Virus record (IMG/VR): IMGVR_UViG_3300021185_001231
Reading direction: 5' to 3' (one strand)
DNA: 64,000 nucleotides
DNA from: a virus
The notes under the pieces were generated by a model. It saw only the letters and a program-made list of their open reading frames with translations. It had not been told where the DNA came from and made no database searches. The position numbers and the translations under genes are program-made. Of this stretch, positions 35,085 through 44,517 are shown in pieces. The number at the start of each line of letters is the position of its first letter. Position 1 is the first letter of the stretch.

Positions 35085-35109
35085 TAACTAAATTTATTTT
35101 AAAAAGTGC

Positions 35110-35138
35110 TTGACAATACTTGTCTTATCGTGTATAAT
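35110..35138 (+). promoter_or_regulatory. Consensus sigma70 promoter on plus strand with no sense gene
   Basis: TTGACA-17 nt-TATAAT, AT-rich upstream, back-to-back with gp55 promoter. Confidence 0.75.
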
Positions 35139-35174
35139 ATATCTACTGCTCCGGAGGGATGAATAGAACAAAAA

Positions 35175-35570
35175 CTAATGTATAATAGTTTTCTTATTCA
35201 CCTCACCAACGATTTCTTTTAACCAGTCTTCTACATTTTCATCTAAAACAAGTTCCTCTTCAGGATCGTTTAATAATTTATCCATCTGTTCTAGAGCTAC
35301 ATCATATTGAAGTATCATTTCTTTAGTGGGAACACCGAAAGCCATCATATGAGGAGTCATTAACATAATGACTTGAAGCAATCCATCCTGATAGGTCATG
35401 TAAGAACTAAAAGTAAAATACTTATGATTTTCTTTAGTTAATTTTTCCGTAAGCTTTAAAGCATTTCTAACAATAAAGTGTCCTTTATGTTCTTCTAGAA
35501 CCTCACAAATTATTTCGTCGCCATTAGACATTTTTAATTGACGAACATCTTTTTTAACTTTCATCATCAT
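35175..35570 (-). CDS. Sm-like hypothetical protein
   Basis: QLKMSNGDEIICEV pattern; between uvsW and gp55. Confidence 0.65.
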   Translation of the reverse strand: MMMKVKKDVRQLKMSNGDEIICEVLEEHKGHFIVRNALKLTEKLTKENHKYFTFSSYMTYQDGLLQVIMLMTPHMMAFGVPTKEMILQYDVALEQMDKLLNDPEEELVLDENVEDWLKEIVGEVNKKTIIH

Positions 35571-37065
35571 CCTTAAGTTGAGAAGTTTTCATATCAATAG
35601 GGTATATTTTATATTTAAACCCTTCCTTAGTATATATCTTAATCCTTTCAGCTGAATGTTTTAGGGTGAAGTTCTTATAACCCTTTTTATGAAAATCATC
35701 AGCAATATCAAATAACTTTGTAGTCTCTCCATTATCGGACTGTCTTAATCCACGACCAATACTTTGCAACACTTTTACTTGGGATTTACTTGGTGTCGCA
35801 AACACAATGTTGTGCAAGTTTTTAATATTTATACCAGTACTAAATGTACCAAGTGAAGCTACAATGATCGAGTCTTTCTGTTTCTCGACAATACTTCTTA
35901 TAGATTCTCTGTCAGCTGCGCCAACTTCACCGGAGACATAAAATACCTTTCTATCCTCATCAACCGAATCCTTTATCTTATCAAATAAAACCTTTCCGTG
36001 TTTCTCAACAAACTGAAACATAACTAGAGTATTTCCTTTTTGATCTACGGCTAATTTAGTTATGAAATTATTTCTTGCATCATTCGTAACAATCCAATCT
36101 ATCTCTTCTTGATAAGTCTTACCGTCCATGAAATGACATATATCATTATGGTAACGTAACAACAAAACAGATATATCCAGATCAGCTAATTGTTTGTCTT
36201 TCTGTAATTGCGCAGTACTAGTAACTTTAAATACAGGACCAAATAACCCTTCCAATACAAGTTTATTTGTTTCAGTCCCATCTAAAGTTCCGGTGGTTCC
36301 AAATCTATATTTTGCATTGATACATTTATCCATCATAGTAGATAAAGATTTTGCTTTAAACAAATGTACCTCATCACCAAATACAGCACCAAATTGTTCA
36401 AACCACTCAACACCAAATTTATAAATTGATTGCCATGTAGATATGATAATAGGTTTATCTGTAACTTTGTCTTTACCAGAGTAAATCATATGTACGTTTT
36501 TATCTACATCATAACCATAGTCAGAAAAATCTTTATACATCTGTTCCACTAAGGAAGTAGTAGGTACGATGATTAATGTTTTATTTATTTTGTTATTTTC
36601 CTTGACAAAACGCATCAAGTTGTATATAATAAAGCTCTTACCGCTTCCGGTAGGAGAGAGTAACAAACATCTTTTATTTTCTATGCCATGCGTAATGGCT
36701 TTGTATTGGTAGTCTCTAGACTCAAATGGCAAGTCCCAACTAGTCATAGTTTTTATTAAAGAAGGGTGATCAATTTCCTCTTTCGATGAGGGTATTCCAT
36801 ATTCTGGATGATCTAGGATTTCCATTGGATAAAATCTATCTGCGCAAAATCTTCGAAGATGTGTATATAACCCGACATGCATCTCTTTAGTTATCTGGTT
36901 ATATAACTTTATTCGACCATCCCATTGTTTACGTTTATAAGCGGGCATGTATTGATAACCCGGCACAAAGAAAGCAAAGTACTCCCTCAGTTCTTGGTCA
37001 ATAGAAGGATGCGCAGACACAAGAAGTTGCGCATGATTCTTCATTTGTATTTGAATTTTTTCCAT
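35554..37065 (-). CDS. uvsW: SF2 helicase UvsW
   Basis: WDGRIKL, RDYQ, SPTGSGKS, DEVH, TGT, LQSIGRGLR. Confidence 0.95.
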   Translation of the reverse strand: MEKIQIQMKNHAQLLVSAHPSIDQELREYFAFFVPGYQYMPAYKRKQWDGRIKLYNQITKEMHVGLYTHLRRFCADRFYPMEILDHPEYGIPSSKEEIDHPSLIKTMTSWDLPFESRDYQYKAITHGIENKRCLLLSPTGSGKSFIIYNLMRFVKENNKINKTLIIVPTTSLVEQMYKDFSDYGYDVDKNVHMIYSGKDKVTDKPIIISTWQSIYKFGVEWFEQFGAVFGDEVHLFKAKSLSTMMDKCINAKYRFGTTGTLDGTETNKLVLEGLFGPVFKVTSTAQLQKDKQLADLDISVLLLRYHNDICHFMDGKTYQEEIDWIVTNDARNNFITKLAVDQKGNTLVMFQFVEKHGKVLFDKIKDSVDEDRKVFYVSGEVGAADRESIRSIVEKQKDSIIVASLGTFSTGINIKNLHNIVFATPSKSQVKVLQSIGRGLRQSDNGETTKLFDIADDFHKKGYKNFTLKHSAERIKIYTKEGFKYKIYPIDMKTSQLKDDDES

Positions 37066-37083
37066 AATATATCTATACGAATG

Positions 37084-37548
37084 TTAACCGCCCGCCTCGA
37101 ACTGTTTCCACCTTATAATATTACCAATTGTCTGGTGTCTCCACTTCAGAGAGTCAACTATCTCTGTTAGAGTCTGTATCATAATTTTATAGTATTGAAC
37201 CTTTTCGTCAGCTTCCTGTATTTCTGGATCAGAATTATAATAATAATCCATGTCACCTTTGAGAATTTTTAGTCCATTAAAAGGATCTGGTTGCCATCCT
37301 TTAGAAAGAATAGAATCTTGATCCATCTTACCGTTATAATACAACCACTTGTCTTTCAACAAGTTTTGTTGTGAGTTTTCTATCCTCTTAAGTTTCAACT
37401 TAGTTAAAGATAATACTTGCAGATATTTTGCATGAAGACTGGGCGTCTGTCGTGAGACCTCATCTAATTGATGTTGAGGTATCTTACAATCATCTTCCCA
37501 TTCTTTCATTATAGATTCTAAATCTAATAACATAATATAATCCTTCAA
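37084..37548 (-). CDS. uvsY: Recombination mediator UvsY
   Basis: LHAKYL, YYNGK, I.W..FEAG C-terminus; synteny with uvsW. Confidence 0.88.
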   Translation of the reverse strand: MKDYIMLLDLESIMKEWEDDCKIPQHQLDEVSRQTPSLHAKYLQVLSLTKLKLKRIENSQQNLLKDKWLYYNGKMDQDSILSKGWQPDPFNGLKILKGDMDYYYNSDPEIQEADEKVQYYKIMIQTLTEIVDSLKWRHQTIGNIIRWKQFEAGG

Positions 37549-37552
37549 TAAT

Positions 37553-38191
37553 TCATTTAGTACTTATATGTTCAATACAGTCCTGCCAGTAGGACTTATC
37601 ATGACCTAAAACATAGGAAAGAGTAATCCTAGGACAATAGGTTCTAGCTGCATGGTAAACAACATTTCCACTATCATACGATCCAAAGTATCCAGCCTTA
37701 AGTGTCCAACCGGAAGAATCTTCCATTGTAATCAACTCATGTGTCTTGGGATCTATATATTTAAACCAACCCTCACCAGTCTCGGACCATGTTAGGATAA
37801 GATTATATGCTGAAGCGTTTGCGTTGTTATGCCAACCAATAAATCCATTAGATGGATAAAACTGACTCAAGGCGGAATTTTGTGTACCTAACTCAGATTG
37901 AATTAAGTAGTTGAGATTGGAATAGTCCAAATTATATCTAGAATCTTTTCCATTATAATGATCAGGTTTTATCGCAACCGAATAGGACTTTTCAGCTGCA
38001 CCACTATGATTTTCTTTCATAGATATTATTTGGCGCATAAAACCTTCGCCAGTATACCAGTCAGCCTCACCTTCAAACTCCGGAGAAAAAATGGTGTTGG
38101 TCTTTATGATGTCGTATTTTTCAATGTATGTGTAACGAAACTGTTCGAGAATGTCGATCAATTCTTCATTACGTATTTCATAATTTTTCAT
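37553..38191 (-). CDS. Putative 2OG-Fe(II) oxygenase-like (DSBH) protein
   Basis: FYPSNGFIGWHNN, VYHAA, RITL; paralog of 12477..13154. Confidence 0.6.
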   Translation of the reverse strand: MKNYEIRNEELIDILEQFRYTYIEKYDIIKTNTIFSPEFEGEADWYTGEGFMRQIISMKENHSGAAEKSYSVAIKPDHYNGKDSRYNLDYSNLNYLIQSELGTQNSALSQFYPSNGFIGWHNNANASAYNLILTWSETGEGWFKYIDPKTHELITMEDSSGWTLKAGYFGSYDSGNVVYHAARTYCPRITLSYVLGHDKSYWQDCIEHISTK

Positions 38192-38715
38192 TATATAATC
38201 TCAAATTGAGCGAATCTAAACGTTGCATTAAACGTTAGATATGTTACATCTCCTGTAGTAGCATTTAAATCAATGGCACTTAACGCCGTTGGAATACAGT
38301 CTTGATATTTAATCTTCACAGATTGATTATTTTGACTAGACAAAACTATAACAGTTATGTCTGAATATATTGATGATACCGGAGTCTCTAGTATTCCTCT
38401 GGTATTTGTTTCTATTGTTCTCTCCAACCAAGATTGCATCTCTTTATAACCAGTCATATCTTCATCTAAGATAAGAGTAAGTTCTAATTCTGAATACGTA
38501 ATCTTGTCTCCAGCTAGAGGGACTGAAGTTATTTGTCTGACAGGAAGGTCTACTACATTCACTGTAGCGCCGGGATGCATCACTGACTGCGCAAAATATT
38601 GTAGATTTGCATAGTACCCTTTATTGATGACAATGCGAAACCCAGTAGGCTGTAGAAATCCTTTATTCTCTGTTAGAGTACTTTCTAGTATTCCTGTAGT
38701 AGTTGTGACTGGCAT
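38191..38715 (-). CDS. gp3: Tail tube terminator/completion protein gp3
   Basis: FLQPTGF, LDEDM..Y.E...W, P..LS.I; downstream of gp23 with late promoter. Confidence 0.8.
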   Translation of the reverse strand: MPVTTTTGILESTLTENKGFLQPTGFRIVINKGYYANLQYFAQSVMHPGATVNVVDLPVRQITSVPLAGDKITYSELELTLILDEDMTGYKEMQSWLERTIETNTRGILETPVSSIYSDITVIVLSSQNNQSVKIKYQDCIPTALSAIDLNATTGDVTYLTFNATFRFAQFEII

Positions 38716-38740
38716 GATAACCTCTTTTAATCTATACCTT

Positions 38741-38748
38741 TATTTATA
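38741..38748 (-). promoter_or_regulatory. T4-type late promoter
   Basis: TATAAATA upstream of gp3. Confidence 0.8.
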
Positions 38749-38761
38749 CAAAAATTAAGAT

Positions 38762-38788
38762 AAAAAAAAGGGAGACCGAAGTCTCCCC
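38762..38788 (-). terminator. Rho-independent terminator after gp23
   Basis: GGGGAGAC-TTCG-GTCTCCCT then U run; cUUCGg tetraloop. Confidence 0.92.
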
Positions 38789-38826
38789 TAAAATGATCCC
38801 TTTTGGGGATTCTAGTTTTTATAATC

Positions 38827-40122
38827 TTATGCGAGGATGTTGTCCACACGGAAGATTCTGTAGTACTGGTTGGTTTTAGCAGCAGCTAGGTTATCTGAAG
38901 GAGTAGGTCCAACAAATGGGTTAGAAGTCATACCATAACGAGTCTTGAATCCGATTCGTGGCTGGAAGTCATTCTCACCGACAGCTTTAACCATCTGTAG
39001 AGGTACATATGGGCAGTAGAAAATACCTGAGTCATATGGGTTAGTACCCTTATAACCGACAGTGATATAATCAGTAGTTGCGTATGGATCGATGTAAACC
39101 TTAGTACGACCATTAAGAACACCAGCAAAAGTATTACCAGTGTCGTCTACCTGTAGAGTAGTGCTCATAGCAGGAGTGTAGTCCAACATACCTGAAGCAG
39201 AAAGTGCAGTAGCAACGTCTGAAGAACAGATAACGATGTTACCCTTACCACGACGAGTTTCTTTAGCAATTACGTTCGCTTCACGATCTAATTGTACAAC
39301 TAGACCTTTGAACTTCTCAGCAGACCAACGGCCGTCAGCATCTGAAGAAAGATCAAAAATACCTTTCTTGGTAACGTTTGCTTGTTGTGCGCCAGTGATT
39401 GCCTGTGAGTTGATTGTACGGATAACTTCACGGTTGATTTCTGCAAGAATTTCAGTTGACAAGATGTTTGCCAATTCTGTTTCTGCATCCAAACCGTGGA
39501 TAGCTTTCAAGTCTTGAGCAAGTTCAAGAGAGTATTCTGCTTTCAAAGCACGTGACTTTGCAGTAACAGTTGACTTCTCGATAGTGAAACCCATCTCAGC
39601 GAAAGAGTTACCAGTGTTACCTAGAGCTTCAGCATCAGCTGTCTCCATTCCAGCAGCAGCAAGATCAGTTACTCGAGCGCCTTCAGAATCGATACCAGCA
39701 AAACCAGAACCGTCAGCAGGCTTGTTTGAACCGTCGCCAGAGAAACCAGTTTTAGCTTCGTCGAAAAATGCTTCGTCATTAGAAGTTGAACCGCCATTAT
39801 ATCTTGACTTCATAGCAAAGATAAGACCAGTAGGACCAGACATAGGTTGAACACCACAAACGTCATAAGCCATCAAGTTAGGCATTGCACGACGTACCAA
39901 TGAGATCAATACTGGATCCCATCGTGACTGTGATGTAGTGTTATTTGCCGCAGTTTCAGTGATGAAACCAGACTCTTGTAGGTGTTGCTCGTTCATTGCT
40001 TTTTCTTGGTTCTCAAGAACGGCAGCAGTTACAGCTTTACGCTGATGATCTCGAATAGTTCCGGCACTCTCTTCATTCAGTACTGGAGACCACTTTTCGA
40101 TTAGTGTATCAAAAGATTGCAT
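38827..40122 (-). CDS. gp23: Major capsid protein gp23
   Basis: DPVLISLVRRAMP, GVQPMSGPTGLIFAM, KSRALKAEYSLELAQDLKAIHGLDAE, YCPYVPL, GFKTRYG. Confidence 0.98.
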   Translation of the reverse strand: MQSFDTLIEKWSPVLNEESAGTIRDHQRKAVTAAVLENQEKAMNEQHLQESGFITETAANNTTSQSRWDPVLISLVRRAMPNLMAYDVCGVQPMSGPTGLIFAMKSRYNGGSTSNDEAFFDEAKTGFSGDGSNKPADGSGFAGIDSEGARVTDLAAAGMETADAEALGNTGNSFAEMGFTIEKSTVTAKSRALKAEYSLELAQDLKAIHGLDAETELANILSTEILAEINREVIRTINSQAITGAQQANVTKKGIFDLSSDADGRWSAEKFKGLVVQLDREANVIAKETRRGKGNIVICSSDVATALSASGMLDYTPAMSTTLQVDDTGNTFAGVLNGRTKVYIDPYATTDYITVGYKGTNPYDSGIFYCPYVPLQMVKAVGENDFQPRIGFKTRYGMTSNPFVGPTPSDNLAAAKTNQYYRIFRVDNILA

Positions 40123-40134
40123 TTTAGTAATTCC

Positions 40135-41172
40135 TTATTTTTTAGAGGTTTTTCTAAGAGTAGTTAAGTAGTGCTCCATTACTGAAGAAACTTCAACTTC
40201 TTCATCAGCTTCTTCAACAAGTGATTCAGCTTCATTGGTCTGCTCTACGATTTCTTTAGCGAAGTAAGATTCTTTGATAGTAGCAATTTTCTGAGTGAAT
40301 TCTTCTTCACTTTCAAAATCAATGCTTTCTACAAGTCCTTTTAACTTCTCAGTTTGGGTGTCAGCTAGGTCACGACATGCTTCGGAGATAATAGACTCAC
40401 GTTTGTAAGTTTCTAACTCTTCAGCTAGAGCAATTGCATCACCAGTAGTAGAATTTAACTTCTCTTCTAGTTCTGTAACTTGTTCTGATAGATCGTCAAC
40501 TAGGTCAACTTTAGTTTCTGGTACTTCGACATAAGATTCTACAAATACGTCTCTCATCTTGGTCATAAAGTTCTCAGCAATTTCAGTACGGAGACCGTTC
40601 TGGATTGCAACCTTATTGTCTTCTACCCAAGACTCAACAACGTAGTTCAAGTATGAATCGACAGAAGAAACCAAATCTTCTTTGATTGTAGCAACTTCTT
40701 CCGCGAGTTCTTCCTGATACTGTTCTTCAAGTCGGTTAACTTCTTCAGATAACTTAGACTTGACAGCAGCTTCAAAAATTACCGCAGTTTTTTCTTTGAA
40801 CTCTTCTGAAAGAGTCGCTTCGCTTTGACATAGAGCATCGATTTCAGATGTAGTATCTGAACCTTCGATTACTAGGTCTTCAGCATCAACGCCTTCGCAT
40901 ACTTTTGAGTATGCAGCTTGTAGATCACCTTTCTTCATTTTGCTCATGCTTTTATACATAGCATTGATCATACCAGCTTTTGTTTTAGGCAAAGAAGTTT
41001 TAGTTGTCGCTTTTGTCGCCTTATCGACAGATGCAATAGATTCGTCTTCGCTTGGCGCTTTAACGTCTGTTGCTCCACCTTTAGGCTCTTGCGCTTCTTC
41101 GAGAGTTTCCTCCACGATTTCGTTAATATCTTCGTCGTGAAGTTCAACTTCGACTTTACTTTCTTCAGTCAT
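40135..41172 (-). CDS. gp22: Prohead core scaffold gp22
   Basis: Acidic coiled coil; LSEEFKEK..IFEAAV, VDSYLNYVVE.W. Confidence 0.92.
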   Translation of the reverse strand: MTEESKVEVELHDEDINEIVEETLEEAQEPKGGATDVKAPSEDESIASVDKATKATTKTSLPKTKAGMINAMYKSMSKMKKGDLQAAYSKVCEGVDAEDLVIEGSDTTSEIDALCQSEATLSEEFKEKTAVIFEAAVKSKLSEEVNRLEEQYQEELAEEVATIKEDLVSSVDSYLNYVVESWVEDNKVAIQNGLRTEIAENFMTKMRDVFVESYVEVPETKVDLVDDLSEQVTELEEKLNSTTGDAIALAEELETYKRESIISEACRDLADTQTEKLKGLVESIDFESEEEFTQKIATIKESYFAKEIVEQTNEAESLVEEADEEVEVSSVMEHYLTTLRKTSKK

Positions 41173-41181
41173 AATTGACTC

Positions 41182-41844
41182 CTATATTTTAGATTTGATT
41201 AACGAGAGGAAATTCTTAAACTCACGAATTTGCACTTCTGGACGATGCGCAACCGTTGCTTGTTTGATTTCAGTCTCCATCTCTTCAATTACTTGAGGTT
41301 CTAGAATCCCATTATTCCAAATCCAATCTACACCTTCCATTATACCATTAACGAAAGCATCAGGTGCACTTGGATCTTGTACGATATCTACCGTACTAAG
41401 AATAAAGTCTTCTTTGACGTAGTTTACGCCATTTCTTGTCTCAAGACTTCCCATACCACGAGTTGAGACACCTAACTGTACACCACCCTCAAGAAGACCT
41501 TTGACAATCTTTCCCATTGGGGTATCTAGTATTTGTGCCTTTCCGATCACATCATTGCCTTCTAATTTAAGGTCAGTGATGAGATGCGAAACTTTATCCA
41601 AGTTAACAGTTGGGCCTTCAGGATGATTTAACTCACCTACCGCCCTCTTCTTGTTAACCTGTTCGGTCACGTATTTTGATACTGCCGATTCCATTATAGG
41701 TTTCGGGTATACACGACCATTACGATTCTTTTTGTCTGCTTGCGCAAAAACGCCTTCTATAACGTATGATTTCTCACCGTTCTCTTTGGCTTCCACAATG
41801 CATTGTACATCATTATTTTCATTAAACTCAGTAATAAGTTTCAT
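41182..41844 (-). CDS. gp21: Prohead protease gp21
   Basis: NRNGRVYP, GELNHP, VSH, GVSTRGMGS, DIVQDPSAP. Confidence 0.96.
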   Translation of the reverse strand: MKLITEFNENNDVQCIVEAKENGEKSYVIEGVFAQADKKNRNGRVYPKPIMESAVSKYVTEQVNKKRAVGELNHPEGPTVNLDKVSHLITDLKLEGNDVIGKAQILDTPMGKIVKGLLEGGVQLGVSTRGMGSLETRNGVNYVKEDFILSTVDIVQDPSAPDAFVNGIMEGVDWIWNNGILEPQVIEEMETEIKQATVAHRPEVQIREFKNFLSLIKSKI

Positions 41845-42071
41845 TATAGTTTACCGCCTAGTTCTTTTACCGTACTCTTGAGTGCTTTCATTGCTTCACC
41901 CTGAGACTTAAATACATCTAGTTTGTCACCATCAATGTAAACAGTGAAACCTTTAGGTTCCTTAATAATAGAGACAGAAGCTTTAGCAATACGTCCACCA
42001 GCCTTACCAGAAAAAACAACATCACCTTTCGGTTGTTTTCCTTTTTCTCTAATTTCTTTAAAAGATTTCAA
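41844..42071 (-). CDS. Small prohead core protein (gp68-position)
   Basis: MKSFKEIRE N-terminus; between gp20 and gp21; late promoter upstream. Confidence 0.6.
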   Translation of the reverse strand: MKSFKEIREKGKQPKGDVVFSGKAGGRIAKASVSIIKEPKGFTVYIDGDKLDVFKSQGEAMKALKSTVKELGGKL

Positions 42072-42089
42072 TTTAATACCTTTACTTAG

Positions 42090-42097
42090 TATTTATA
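42090..42097 (-). promoter_or_regulatory. T4-type late promoter
   Basis: TATAAATA upstream of head genes. Confidence 0.8.
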
Positions 42098-42125
42098 CAA
42101 ATTACATTCTTAAAATAAAAATATT

Positions 42126-42389
42126 TTATACTGCGTCTTCTTCCGCAACACTCTCTTCTTCAGAATCCTCTTCTTCCAACTCGGACTCCAACTCAGATTC
42201 TAAATCAGTTTCATTCTCTAAGGGTTCATTAAAAATATCAGATGCTACAACAACTTTTTCTGCATCCAGTGCAGTATTAACCTTGTCACCCAAAACACTA
42301 GAAAATATAGATTCAGCTCTATTGAATTCTTTTTCACCTACGGCATTAATAAAATCATTTATTGTCATTTCTTGATTATCTTCGTTCAT
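42126..42389 (-). CDS. Acidic prohead core protein (gp67-like)
   Basis: Glu-rich, right after portal; start MNEDN behind GGAG. Confidence 0.65.
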   Translation of the reverse strand: MNEDNQEMTINDFINAVGEKEFNRAESIFSSVLGDKVNTALDAEKVVVASDIFNEPLENETDLESELESELEEEDSEEESVAEEDAV

Positions 42390-42390
42390 A

Positions 42391-43914
42391 TTATACTCCA
42401 AGTTCATCATCTACTTCGTCGTCGCTTTGTGCATTTTCAGCTTCGACCTGTTTTGCCATATCTTCGATATCTTCATCACCAAATCTCATGACATTCTTCA
42501 TTACCCACTCACGCGAGAAATATTCGCCTACATACTGAGAGACTTGATCCATAGTCTGGAGTCTTTCTCTAAGTATTTCCGATTCTTTTAGTTCCGCAAA
42601 GTGATTGTCTCGCAAGAAGTCAACGTTGATATCTGACTTCCAACTTTCCCAATCTAGCTCAGTGCACACACCTTTCAGAAGCAATTGTTTCTTAAGAATT
42701 GATATGAATAGATTAGAAAATTTCTTTCTTAATCTATCGACAAACTTCTGAAACTTAACTTCGTCTCTGTTTATCTCTGTAGCTCTACCAAGACTAAACT
42801 GAGCTTCCTGTTCCAAACGATTCATAGGAACATTTAATGAACGATACACCTTCTTTTGGAAGTAAACAATATCATCAATCTGACCTAAGTTTTCTCCGCC
42901 TGGTAGTGTACTAATCTCAGTACCTCGACCACCTTCACGTCTGGGTAACCAGAAGTCTTCAAGCATAGACATATGCTTTCGGTCATCCTTCATTTCACCA
43001 GTACTTGCATCATAGACTAACTTGTTTCTATAACGAGTCATAATGTCTTTCATGTGTTGTTCCGCTTTACCCTTGGGTAAGTTACCAACATCTATATAAA
43101 AGATTCTACGTTCTGGTGCACGTGCAAGTCTATAGATAACCAAAGAGTCTTCCATCATCCTTAACTGGTTAACTGGTTTGATAACCTTATGTAGGTGAGA
43201 AATAACTCTCTTCTTTTCTGGGTCCAATAGACCCGAAGTAACATACGAAACAGAATCTGGAGACAACTTTACGCCTTGATTAGAGCCTGCTTTCTCTTGA
43301 TAAATGTAAAATTCTTTTACCTTATCTACAAGTTTAGCTCCCGTAACTGGATCCTTTTTGTATTCTACCTCTTTCACTTTTCTTATTTTTGTGGCATCTA
43401 CAGGACGTATCTCCTGAATACCAGCTTTCAAATTACTTTCGTTGACCAATAGATGATGATATATTCTGCCATCGACATACCAACTACGGAACAGATCATG
43501 ACCATGTTCTTCAAAATTTAACATAGAACATATAGCGTCAAACTCTTCATGTAAAGTTTTCTTAATCTTATCGGTAGTTTCTACTTTATCCAAATCTAAT
43601 GATACCGAAGCTTCTAATTCTGAAGCCACTACAGATTCATTAACAATATCCTCGATTGCAGCATCCACCTCTGGGTGTTCCGCAATACCTCGATATTTTT
43701 TGATTAACTGATGGTTGTCCTTAGCGGACTTACCATTCATATCAACATACTGACCAAAGTGTGAACCGGAAGCGGTTATATAACCAGCTCCATCCTCATC
43801 AATCTTGGGAACTATGGAAGGAAGTTTTTTGTTTTCCTCACCAGAAGATTGTGACTTGGATCTTTTTAATTCGAATCCAAATGCTTTTAGAATACTATTG
43901 TCTTGATCTGCCAT
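42391..43914 (-). CDS. gp20: Portal protein gp20
   Basis: WYVDGR, YRLARAPERRIFYIDVGNLPK, EDFWLPRREGGRGTEISTLPGG. Confidence 0.98.
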   Translation of the reverse strand: MADQDNSILKAFGFELKRSKSQSSGEENKKLPSIVPKIDEDGAGYITASGSHFGQYVDMNGKSAKDNHQLIKKYRGIAEHPEVDAAIEDIVNESVVASELEASVSLDLDKVETTDKIKKTLHEEFDAICSMLNFEEHGHDLFRSWYVDGRIYHHLLVNESNLKAGIQEIRPVDATKIRKVKEVEYKKDPVTGAKLVDKVKEFYIYQEKAGSNQGVKLSPDSVSYVTSGLLDPEKKRVISHLHKVIKPVNQLRMMEDSLVIYRLARAPERRIFYIDVGNLPKGKAEQHMKDIMTRYRNKLVYDASTGEMKDDRKHMSMLEDFWLPRREGGRGTEISTLPGGENLGQIDDIVYFQKKVYRSLNVPMNRLEQEAQFSLGRATEINRDEVKFQKFVDRLRKKFSNLFISILKKQLLLKGVCTELDWESWKSDINVDFLRDNHFAELKESEILRERLQTMDQVSQYVGEYFSREWVMKNVMRFGDEDIEDMAKQVEAENAQSDDEVDDELGV

Positions 43915-43967
43915 ACCTTTACCCTATAATATAATATGGAGGGAAGAAACCTTCCCCCCGTATCATA

Positions 43968-43975
43968 TACTTATA
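43968..43975 (-). promoter_or_regulatory. Late promoter variant with downstream hairpin
   Basis: TATAAGTA; GGGGGGAAG/CTTCCCTCC stem at about 43938-43959. Confidence 0.5.
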
Positions 43976-43981
43976 CCAATA

Positions 43982-44506
43982 TTAACTAGTAGTATCTGCT
44001 TCCCAGTACTGTACTTGGAACTCCACAGTGAACTCTTCTAGAGTATCTACTGTATCATAACTTAACTCGATAGCACTTAAGTTTGTCGGAAAACATCCAC
44101 GGAACTTATAAGTCTTAAGGACTGATCCATCTTTATCTAATTGTTCTACAAGTAGGTCAGCTTGGTATGCTACAGGGTTAGTTATACCTGTATTTGCACT
44201 ATGACCGTTCATCCCATTCATCCACCTTTCCAAAGCATTACGCACTTCGAAACCAGTGTCGTTAATTACAGTAGGAGACCATACTTCAAAAGTACGATCA
44301 CCAGCAATCTTTAACTGACGACCACGGAAAGGAACCTCAATAACATTCATGATTGATGCTGGCAATTGCGCAGCTTTACACATAAATGAAGTGAGTTCCA
44401 CATCACCACCGGCATATACTGGGAAGTTGACTGTTGCACGGAATAAATTAGGACGTGCACCACCACCTTTTAATTTTGCTTTAAAATCATCTACTCTTAA
44501 TGACAT
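43982..44506 (-). CDS. gp19: Tail tube protein gp19
   Basis: GGARPNLF, FRGRQLKIAGDRTF, VEQLD, EEFTVEF. Confidence 0.95.
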   Translation of the reverse strand: MSLRVDDFKAKLKGGGARPNLFRATVNFPVYAGGDVELTSFMCKAAQLPASIMNVIEVPFRGRQLKIAGDRTFEVWSPTVINDTGFEVRNALERWMNGMNGHSANTGITNPVAYQADLLVEQLDKDGSVLKTYKFRGCFPTNLSAIELSYDTVDTLEEFTVEFQVQYWEADTTS

Positions 44507-44517
44507 GACTATTCCCC

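Noticed and set aside
35159-35185. Micro-ORF MNRTKTNV after the plus-strand promoter
   Set aside because: GGAGG is only 1 nt from the ATG and the ORF is 8 codons; not supportable as a gene
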